A DNA stretch of 64,000 nucleotides, taken from IMG/VR virus record IMGVR_UViG_3300031784_000003. One strand, 5' to 3'. The notes under the pieces are model-generated. The model had not been told where the DNA came from, did not search any database, and saw nothing but the letters and a program-made list of their open reading frames with translations. Shown here piece after piece: positions 50,549 to 58,064 of the stretch. The stretch is from a virus. Lineage: Duplodnaviria; Caudoviricetes. The translations under genes were made by a program, and so were the position numbers. The stretch's first letter is position 1. Every line of letters begins with the position of its first letter.

Positions 50549-52408
50549 ATGGAATTATCAAATAAAATTTTGTCTGACATTACGGTTTATATGAAGTATG
50601 CTAAATTCTTACCAGAAATGAATAGAAGAGAAACTTGGGAAGAATTAGTTACTAGAAACAAAGAAATGCATCAAAAAAAATACCCCAATATTAAAGATGA
50701 AATTGAAGAAGTTTATAAATTAGTTTATGATAAAAAAATACTACCTTCAATGAGAAGTTTACAATTTGGTGGTAAACCTATTGAAATATCTCCTAATAGA
50801 GTTTATAACTGTGCATATTTACCTATCGATCATACGGATGCCTTTTCAGAAACAATGTTTTTATTGTTAGGTGGGACAGGTGTAGGTTATTCGGTACAAA
50901 AACATCACGTAGATAAACTACCAGAAATTAGAAAACCTAATCCTGATAGAAAAAGAAGATATTTAATAGGGGATTCAATAGAAGGATGGGCAGACGCAAT
51001 TAAATTATTAGTAGAATCTTATTTTGGTGTAAAGTCATCTACTCCGATATTTGATTATTCAGACATTAGACATAAAGGGGCATTATTAGTGACATCGGGT
51101 GGTAAAGCACCAGGTCCACAACCATTAAAAGACTGTATACATAATATTAAAAAAGTATTGGACTCTAAAACTGATGGAGAAAAATTAACACCTATTGAAA
51201 CACATGATATCGTATGTCATATTGCAGATGCAGTTTTAGCGGGTGGTATTCGTAGAGCAGCATTAATTAGTTTATTTTCTGCGGATGACAATGAAATGAT
51301 TTCTTGTAAAGCAGGAAACTGGTGGGAATTAAATCCTCAGAGAGGTAGAGCAAATAATTCGGCAGTATTATTAAGACATAAAGTTACTAAAGAATTCTTT
51401 TTAGATTTATGGAAAAGAATTGAGTTGAGTGGTGCTGGTGAACCAGGAATCTACTTCTCAAATGACAAAGATTGGGGTACAAACCCTTGTTGTGAGATAG
51501 GTCTTAGACCTTATCAGTTCTGTAATTTATGTGAAGTGAACGCATCGGACATCGAATCGCAAGAAGACTTTGAAAAAAGAGTTAGAGGTGCAGCGTTTAT
51601 TGGGACATTACAGGCTGGTTATACAGACTTCCATTATTTAAGAGATGTATGGAAAAGAACTACTGAAAAAGATGCACTTATTGGTGTAGGTATGACAGGT
51701 ATTGGATCTGGAGTTGTTTTAGGTTATGATATGAAAGCAGCTTCTGAAGCAGTTAAAGATGAAAATGAAAGAGTTGCGACATTAATCGGTATCAATTCTG
51801 CCGCTAGAACTACTACTGTTAAACCATCAGGTACCTCATCATTAGTTTTGGGTACATCATCAGGGATTCATGCTTGGCATAATGACTACTATATTAGAAG
51901 AATCAGAGTTGGTAAAAATGAAGCAATATATACTTACTTATCTATAAACCATCCTGAATTAGTAGAAGATGAAATTTTTAGACCACACGATACTGCAGTG
52001 ATATCTATCCCACAAAAATCACCAGAAGGTTCTATATTAAGATATGAATCTCCTTTTGATTTATTAGAAAGAGTTAAAAAGGTATCACAAGAATGGATTA
52101 AACCAGGACACAGAAGTGGGCAAAATACACATAATGTATCTGCGACAATATCTTTGAAAGAAGAAGATTGGGAATTGGCTGGTGAATGGATGTGGACGAA
52201 TAGAAAATTCTATAATGGATTATCAGTTCTACCTTATAATGGAGGCACATACCAACAAGCACCTTTTGAGGATTGTAATATCGAAACATACGAAACTATG
52301 ATGAAGTCTTTATCTTCAGTTGATTTAACTAAAGTTATAGAATTACAAGATAATACTAATCTTTCAGGTGAAGTTGCTTGTGCTGGAGGAGCTTGTGAAA
52401 TTATATAA
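50549..52408 (+). CDS. nrdJ: Ribonucleotide reductase, probably class II (B12-dependent, monomeric RTPR-like)
   Basis: YNC, GGIRRAA, TNPCCE, FCNL, TTVKPSGT and C-terminal CAGGAC; no ATP cone and no adjacent beta subunit gene. Confidence 0.78.
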   Translation: MELSNKILSDITVYMKYAKFLPEMNRRETWEELVTRNKEMHQKKYPNIKDEIEEVYKLVYDKKILPSMRSLQFGGKPIEISPNRVYNCAYLPIDHTDAFSETMFLLLGGTGVGYSVQKHHVDKLPEIRKPNPDRKRRYLIGDSIEGWADAIKLLVESYFGVKSSTPIFDYSDIRHKGALLVTSGGKAPGPQPLKDCIHNIKKVLDSKTDGEKLTPIETHDIVCHIADAVLAGGIRRAALISLFSADDNEMISCKAGNWWELNPQRGRANNSAVLLRHKVTKEFFLDLWKRIELSGAGEPGIYFSNDKDWGTNPCCEIGLRPYQFCNLCEVNASDIESQEDFEKRVRGAAFIGTLQAGYTDFHYLRDVWKRTTEKDALIGVGMTGIGSGVVLGYDMKAASEAVKDENERVATLIGINSAARTTTVKPSGTSSLVLGTSSGIHAWHNDYYIRRIRVGKNEAIYTYLSINHPELVEDEIFRPHDTAVISIPQKSPEGSILRYESPFDLLERVKKVSQEWIKPGHRSGQNTHNVSATISLKEEDWELAGEWMWTNRKFYNGLSVLPYNGGTYQQAPFEDCNIETYETMMKSLSSVDLTKVIELQDNTNLSGEVACAGGACEII

Positions 52409-52411
52409 GTT

Positions 52412-52492
52412 GTGAACGTAAAATGGGGTAACGATATAACGCTAACATATCAAATTATGTTAGCGTTTTATAATCAAAGAAAAAAGAATTAA
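52412..52492 (+). CDS. Possible 26-aa micro-ORF overlapping a 12-bp hairpin
   Basis: GTG start: MNVKWGNDITLTYQIMLAFYNQRKKN*; inverted repeat at 52438-52449 / 52456-52467. Confidence 0.3.
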   Translation: MNVKWGNDITLTYQIMLAFYNQRKKN

Positions 52493-52497
52493 AAAAA

Positions 52498-52725
52498 ATG
52501 AATGTAGGGGCATCAAAAGATTGGGTACAACAACTATACATAAGGGAATTCGGTCCTAAACTACAACCAAATGAGTTCTATTATGATAATGATGGTAGAA
52601 TAGTTATGAATGAACAATATCATAAACGAAGAGGATCTTGTTGTGGTAATGGATGTTTACATTGTCCTTATGAACCCAAACATATAAAAGGTAATACAGA
52701 AATAAAAAAATCACTACAATCGTAG
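52498..52725 (+). CDS. Small Cys/His-rich protein (DUF5522-like)
   Basis: FYYDNDGRIVMNEQYHKRRGSCCGNGCLHCPY. Confidence 0.75.
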   Translation: MNVGASKDWVQQLYIREFGPKLQPNEFYYDNDGRIVMNEQYHKRRGSCCGNGCLHCPYEPKHIKGNTEIKKSLQS

Positions 52726-52736
52726 TGATTTTTTTT
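52704..52736. terminator. Bidirectional intrinsic terminator between convergent genes
   Basis: AAAAAAATCACTAC-AATC-GTAGTGATTTTTTTT. Confidence 0.88.
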
Positions 52737-53298
52737 ATGTATTAAATTTTTTAGAATAAAGATATTTTATCATTTCAATATCCTTTTCAGTAAAATTATT
52801 ATTGTGATCTAAAATAGAATTATTTTCTTTTTCATAATGAGAAAAACCTAACATATGAAACATTTCGTGTCTAATTGTATTAGAAAATGATTTAAATTCT
52901 TTATTTTCTACAATATCTATATGTATGTAAACACTTTTAATTTTATGGTTTATAGGTTCTGTAAAAGTTATACCTATATTAACTAAATCGTATTTTGACC
53001 ATTTAAACATATTGGCAAACTCTGTATCGGATAAGAAATATATAACCACATTAGCAGAATCTTTATTTTTAACCATACTTATATTAATAGGTTTAATAAG
53101 TGGTTTAAAAATTTTAATAGTTTCAACAACATCCAATGAGTCTTTTTTGGTGTACTTACCGTATAAACATATTTTAATATCTTTATACCATCTATCCCCA
53201 CCTTCTGTTGCTAATAAAAGTTCTTCTTTAGTAAAAAGACTTTGAGAAAAAAACCAAATAGGGTTTAAAATTAATAGTGCAATTATTAAATTTTTCAT
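52735..53298 (-). CDS. Secreted metzincin-type zinc metalloprotease
   Basis: ATG 53298 gives the signal-peptide-like MKNLIIALLILNPIWFFSQS; zinc motif HEMFHMLGFSH (HExxHxxGxxH); NSIL at the Met-turn position. Confidence 0.8.
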   Translation of the reverse strand: MKNLIIALLILNPIWFFSQSLFTKEELLLATEGGDRWYKDIKICLYGKYTKKDSLDVVETIKIFKPLIKPINISMVKNKDSANVVIYFLSDTEFANMFKWSKYDLVNIGITFTEPINHKIKSVYIHIDIVENKEFKSFSNTIRHEMFHMLGFSHYEKENNSILDHNNNFTEKDIEMIKYLYSKKFNT

Positions 53299-53322
53299 AG
53301 TTGTTTTGTATTTATAATAAAA

Positions 53323-53353
53323 CAAATATATAATTTTTTCTTAAATAAACAAA
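53323..53353 (-). promoter_or_regulatory. Bacteroidota-type promoter for the metalloprotease
   Basis: Minus strand: TTTG at 53353-53350, a 19-nt spacer, then TATATTTG at 53330-53323. Confidence 0.72.
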
Positions 53354-53367
53354 AATTATTAAAAAAT

Positions 53368-55293
53368 ATGAAGAATCTTTTTGAGGAGTTACAAAGAATA
53401 AAGTCTTTAATGGTTTACGAACAAGGTGTAAAGATTAATGAAGTTAGTACTGCATCCGTTGAAGGTGGTGATACTGATGAAGGTGATGGTGGTAGTGAAA
53501 ATCAAAATAAACCTGCGGATAGTGAAAACGAAAAAAATAATGTAGAACAAGAATCAAAAACTGAAGGTGGTAAAGAACCAAGTAAAAAGAATTGTGTGTC
53601 TATTACAAATACTGAGGTATATAAAACTGAAAGTGATGTAAATAAAGAAGTACCTGAAAAGTTCTTTCAGAAGTTTAAACAAAAAGTGGAAGAACAGTTT
53701 GGTTTATTCGCGGATGGTGAATTTACTATTGAAGATATCAATGTATTTGGAGGTGCTAGTAACTATTGGAAGGGTAGTAATAGTAATAAATTTCCTGCGG
53801 TAGAACCTAAGTATTGTAATGAATATGATGTTAACGTTGGTATAACTTCATTAAAAACTTGGTCGTCTGGTTGTAAAGGTTTTGGTAAAACCGAAAAAAA
53901 AGTTTATGATAAAAATTCTTCAGGTAAAAAAAGTAATGAAGATTTAGCAAAAAGAAGGGCACAAAAAGTTTTAGATGAATTAACTAAAAAAATTGTGACT
54001 TTTGCTCAACAAAATAATATTAAAGTTCCAGCCGATTTCAAAAAAGAAATAAAAAATATTACTTCTGGTTCCATTTATACTGAAGATAAAACAGATACTC
54101 ATTCAGTAGTAGCAGCAGCAATTAAAAGTGGTGAATTAAATGCGGGTCAATTAGTAATGATAGACGCAGTTTTATGTTTTACACCATACAACCCATGTCC
54201 TAATTGTATGATTAGAGATCCAAAAACTAAACAATGTAAATGTAAAGAAGGGTTAACAGAAAAAGATGGTAAATGTTTTTGCCCTAATGGAAAAGAGGTG
54301 GATGAAAATTGTGAATGTAACAATTGTCCAGATCCTTGTATGACATTTAATAAAGAAACAAAAAAATGTGATTGCCCTGAAGGTATGACATTTAATGAAT
54401 CTACAAAACAATGTGAATGTCCTAAAGGTTTCAAAAAGACAGATGATTGTGAATGTTTGAAAGAAAAAGAAAGAGAATGTCCTGATAAATGTCAAAAACG
54501 TGATGAAAATGGTGATTGTAAATGTCCTAATGGTATGACATTTAATGAAGAGACACAAAAATGTGATTGTCCTGAAGGTAAAATTAAACCTACTGTAGAT
54601 GCGTGTAATTGTGTAACACCAAAACCACCATTAAAATGTGGGTATAATGAGAAAAAAGAAGGGGGTAGAGGTACTAAACAAAATAACTTTGTTGCAGCAA
54701 CAGTTAAAAGTGGATTCCCTGTTGGGGAAGGGGATACGGTAACTATTTCATTTGATTCATTGGTTGTTCCTGACGCATTTTATGTTAAGTATGGTGATCA
54801 AGAGTTCTTTAGCGGATTTATGGGAGATGTCTATAATGATGAATATAGACAAGTTGCTTTAAGTGTTAAAGAAAAGAAAAAAATGTTACCATTACAGTCT
54901 AAATATGTTAAAGATATTGTTAAAGATGAATTAAATGCTGGTGATAACGATTATAGTGGGATGGATAATGTTGTAAGGAATTTTGTTGGTGAGTTAGTAA
55001 TGTATAAACGACAAGATGGTTTATTAGAGAGTATAAATGAAGCAATTAAATCTGAAGGGGGAAAATTGACAGTTAAAGATATCTTTAAAAATGGTGATGC
55101 TGAGGCAGAAAAAATAACTGATGATATTATTAATAGTGGTAGTATAAAAGATAACATTGTTAGATATAAACAAATAATGAAATCTGGTACATCATTTAAA
55201 ATTACCAAAGAAGAAGAGAATTTCCAACTGATAATAATGGTATTTTCACCATTAGATAGAACAATATTTACGATGGAAGTTAAATGTGAATAA
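53368..55293 (+). CDS. Tagged protein with an OmpA-like domain and three 8-Cys repeat units
   Basis: MKNLFEELQRIKSL tag; INVFGGAS…NEDLAKRRAQKV OmpA-like motif; 24 Cys in 54196-54612. Confidence 0.75.
   Translation: MKNLFEELQRIKSLMVYEQGVKINEVSTASVEGGDTDEGDGGSENQNKPADSENEKNNVEQESKTEGGKEPSKKNCVSITNTEVYKTESDVNKEVPEKFFQKFKQKVEEQFGLFADGEFTIEDINVFGGASNYWKGSNSNKFPAVEPKYCNEYDVNVGITSLKTWSSGCKGFGKTEKKVYDKNSSGKKSNEDLAKRRAQKVLDELTKKIVTFAQQNNIKVPADFKKEIKNITSGSIYTEDKTDTHSVVAAAIKSGELNAGQLVMIDAVLCFTPYNPCPNCMIRDPKTKQCKCKEGLTEKDGKCFCPNGKEVDENCECNNCPDPCMTFNKETKKCDCPEGMTFNESTKQCECPKGFKKTDDCECLKEKERECPDKCQKRDENGDCKCPNGMTFNEETQKCDCPEGKIKPTVDACNCVTPKPPLKCGYNEKKEGGRGTKQNNFVAATVKSGFPVGEGDTVTISFDSLVVPDAFYVKYGDQEFFSGFMGDVYNDEYRQVALSVKEKKKMLPLQSKYVKDIVKDELNAGDNDYSGMDNVVRNFVGELVMYKRQDGLLESINEAIKSEGGKLTVKDIFKNGDAEAEKITDDIINSGSIKDNIVRYKQIMKSGTSFKITKEEENFQLIIMVFSPLDRTIFTMEVKCE
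54196..54612 (+). repeat. Cys-rich protein repeat region
   Basis: Three units of C-x2/3-C…CxC…CxC…CxC, with an internal CP.GMTFN..T..C 15-mer. Confidence 0.85.
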
Positions 55294-55353
55294 TAATATT
55301 TATTATTTTAATATTTCTTTTCAAAAATTTTATAGTATAATATTTATATACAT

Positions 55354-55737
55354 ATGGCAAAGACTAGGTATATAAATATTGATTTCCCTTTTAGGGATGG
55401 TGATAATGGGTTTTATTTTCAGATGAATAAAACAGATAAAGACGCTATTAGGGCGGATTTATTACATCTACTTTTAACTAATAAAGGTGAAAGGTTATAT
55501 CTCCCTGATTTTGGTAGTGATTTAAAAAAATACATTTTTGAACCAAATGATTCAATCACACATGAACAAATTAGAGATAATTTAAATGATACAATTAAAT
55601 TATATATACCTAATTTAATCATAAATGACATATCATTTAGAAATGATGATATCGAAGAATTAATAATTGTGGAATTAACCTATACTGTTACAGAAGGAAC
55701 TTTCACTAGTACAGATACAATAACTTTAACATTCTAA
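55354..55737 (+). CDS. gp25: Baseplate wedge/sheath initiator (T4 gp25-like)
   Basis: LLLTNKGERLYLPDFGSDLKKYIFEP. Confidence 0.93.
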   Translation: MAKTRYINIDFPFRDGDNGFYFQMNKTDKDAIRADLLHLLLTNKGERLYLPDFGSDLKKYIFEPNDSITHEQIRDNLNDTIKLYIPNLIINDISFRNDDIEELIIVELTYTVTEGTFTSTDTITLTF

Positions 55738-55739
55738 TT

Positions 55740-57569
55740 ATGGCAAAGAAAATAGATTATAATGCACGTAATTTCTCAGATGTAAGATTACAACTTATAG
55801 AATTCATACAAAAATATTATCCAGAAATATTTTCAGATTTTAATGACGCTTCTGTCGGTATGATGTTATTAGAGTTAAACGCTGCGGTTGGGGATATGTT
55901 ATCATTCCATACCGATAGAATGTTTAATGAGACTCAAATAAATTACGCACAAGAAAGATCTTCATTATTAGAACTGGCAAGAACATTCGGTTTAAATGTA
56001 CCAGGTAAAAGACCTAGTATAACTATCGTTGATTGGACAGTAACTAATATACCTGTAAATGGTGATACATTTGATATAAGTTATGCTCCAAAAATACTAA
56101 AAGGGTCACAAGCAACTGGTGCGGGTAAAATATTTGAATTACAGGAAGACTGTGATTTCGCATCTCCGTTTACGACAGGAGGTATCCCTAATAGATTGGT
56201 GATTCCAAACATAGATGGGAGTGGTATTATACAAAATTATTCTCTTACTAAAAGAGAAATTATGTTAAATGGTATCACAAAAATATATAAAAAAGTATTG
56301 GGTAGAGAAGATTATAGACCATTTTTAGAAATAATCTTACCAGAAGATAACGTATTGTCGATAGAAAATATTATAACTAAGGAAGGTACAAATTTTGTAA
56401 ATAACCCAACAGAAGACGAATTTTCTAATTTTGATTTAAGTTGGTATGAAGTTCCTGCATTGGCACAAGGTGAAATATATATTGAGGATGAAAATGCCGT
56501 TTCAGATAGATCTGGTGTAGTAGTCGGTAAATGGAAAAATGCTCCAAAAAGATTTATACAAGAATATACTGATAATGGTTTCTGTAAAATCATATTTGGT
56601 GCTGGTGATACAGATATTTCCGAATTAAATGATTTTGTTGGTTGTAGAGGACAAATTGAAAGAATAGGTAAAGTAGTAAATAATTTATCTTTGGGTGAGA
56701 TTCCACAAACTAATAATACAATGTATGTTAGATATAGAATAGGTGGTGGAGAAGATTCTAATATTGGACCTAATACCATCACATCTTTGGGGACTACAGG
56801 TGTAATCGTCAATGGTGATGATAATAATTTAAATAGAATTATAAAAAATAGTATTACAGTTAATAATCCTATTCCTGCTTTAGGTGGTAAAGAAGAACCA
56901 TCAGTAGAAGAAATAAGAAATTTAGTTAGATATAATTTTTCTGCACAAAATAGGTGTGTAACAATCAAAGATTACCAAAGTAGAATACCACTTATGCCAG
57001 GTAAATTTGGTGTACCTTTTAGAACTGGTGTGTGGGAAGAAAGAAATAAAATCAATGTTTACATTTTAGCGTTAGATTCTAGTAGTAAACTTACAACAGA
57101 ATCCACATCAACACTAAAACAGAATATTGCAGATTATTTAGCGGATTTTAGGATGATAAATGATTATGTTACTGTGAAAAATGGTAGGGTAATTAATTTA
57201 GGTTTTGAAATAGATGTTTTCGCAGATAAAGCGGTACCAAAAGGTGAGGTGATATCAGGTGTAATTTCATCAGTAACACAATATTTTGATATAAATAAGT
57301 GGCATATGGGTGATAATGTATATCTATCACAATTAGTTGAAAATATCAATAATGTTGCAGGTGTATTAAATGTTACTGATCTTAGAGTTTATAATAAAGT
57401 AAATGAAAATGGTAAATATTCATTAAACGAGATTGCTCAACCATATATCGATGATACAACTAGACAAATAGATTTGTTAGGTAGATATACTTTATTTGGT
57501 GCTCCAAATGCGATGTTCGAAATTAAATATCCAAATAAAGATATTAAAATCACTATTTCTACTTCATAG
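55740..57569 (+). CDS. gp6: Baseplate wedge protein (T4 gp6/baseplate J-like)
   Basis: DFNDASVGMMLLELNA, AQERSS, YRIGGG, GGKEEPSVEEIR, RCVTIKDY. Confidence 0.9.
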   Translation: MAKKIDYNARNFSDVRLQLIEFIQKYYPEIFSDFNDASVGMMLLELNAAVGDMLSFHTDRMFNETQINYAQERSSLLELARTFGLNVPGKRPSITIVDWTVTNIPVNGDTFDISYAPKILKGSQATGAGKIFELQEDCDFASPFTTGGIPNRLVIPNIDGSGIIQNYSLTKREIMLNGITKIYKKVLGREDYRPFLEIILPEDNVLSIENIITKEGTNFVNNPTEDEFSNFDLSWYEVPALAQGEIYIEDENAVSDRSGVVVGKWKNAPKRFIQEYTDNGFCKIIFGAGDTDISELNDFVGCRGQIERIGKVVNNLSLGEIPQTNNTMYVRYRIGGGEDSNIGPNTITSLGTTGVIVNGDDNNLNRIIKNSITVNNPIPALGGKEEPSVEEIRNLVRYNFSAQNRCVTIKDYQSRIPLMPGKFGVPFRTGVWEERNKINVYILALDSSSKLTTESTSTLKQNIADYLADFRMINDYVTVKNGRVINLGFEIDVFADKAVPKGEVISGVISSVTQYFDINKWHMGDNVYLSQLVENINNVAGVLNVTDLRVYNKVNENGKYSLNEIAQPYIDDTTRQIDLLGRYTLFGAPNAMFEIKYPNKDIKITISTS

Positions 57570-57572
57570 TAA

Positions 57573-57601
57573 TTACTTTTTTAAAAATATAATTAGTTTT
57601 A
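57573..57601 (+). promoter_or_regulatory. Candidate bipartite promoter TTACTTTT-N13-TAGTTTTA
   Basis: Matches 30056-30084 in both elements and spacing. Confidence 0.45.
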
Positions 57602-57617
57602 ATAAAAAAATAAAATT

Positions 57618-58043
57618 ATGGAATGTAAAACGTGTAAACAAAAAAATCAAAAATCTAACAACAGTGAAAAACAAAATAAAGGAAATGGTTTTAGTATGAA
57701 TTTAATTTCTGAGGAAATTCAAAAAGGGGATTATAATGGCAATTTCTTTTTTAAAGTTATTGCATTTTTTGTAATCAGTATTGCATTACCACTTATTCTT
57801 TTAGTTTTAATTGGTCAGGTTTTTCTAACTTTCTTTTTACCTAAATCTTTACCGAAAGTCAGAAAAAAGTTTTTTAACTTTTTTACTGGAATCTTAAATG
57901 TGTATGGAAAATTTAAGTATAATAAAGAAATAAAAAAACGTGAAAAACAATTTGGTGAAAATATTTCATATGATGAAAAATCTGAAGATGATGTGAATTT
58001 TAATGATATAGAAATTTTTAATGGTAAGGAAAATAAAAAATAA
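57618..58043 (+). CDS. Membrane protein with an N-terminal CxxC
   Basis: MECKTCK, then the long hydrophobic run FFFKVIAFFVISIALPLILLVLIGQVFLTFFLP and a charged tail. Confidence 0.7.
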   Translation: MECKTCKQKNQKSNNSEKQNKGNGFSMNLISEEIQKGDYNGNFFFKVIAFFVISIALPLILLVLIGQVFLTFFLPKSLPKVRKKFFNFFTGILNVYGKFKYNKEIKKREKQFGENISYDEKSEDDVNFNDIEIFNGKENKK

Positions 58044-58064
58044 TAAAAATAAAATGATACTAAT

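Noticed and set aside
1972-52408. Inteins or introns in polB, the helicases or RNR
   Set aside because: Lengths and motif spacing are ordinary; no C/S…HN-C/S/T splice junctions or LAGLIDADG/HNH motifs were noticed.
56312-56968. 218-aa antisense ORF, and the many 60-126-aa antisense/nested ORFs in the track
   Set aside because: They lie wholly opposite well-supported genes, have no motifs or promoters, and show the composition expected of shadow frames.
33666-57557. Identical 13-mer TAAAATCACTATT at 33666 and 57545
   Set aside because: The second copy is inside gp6 coding sequence; one such match is plausible by chance in AT-rich DNA.
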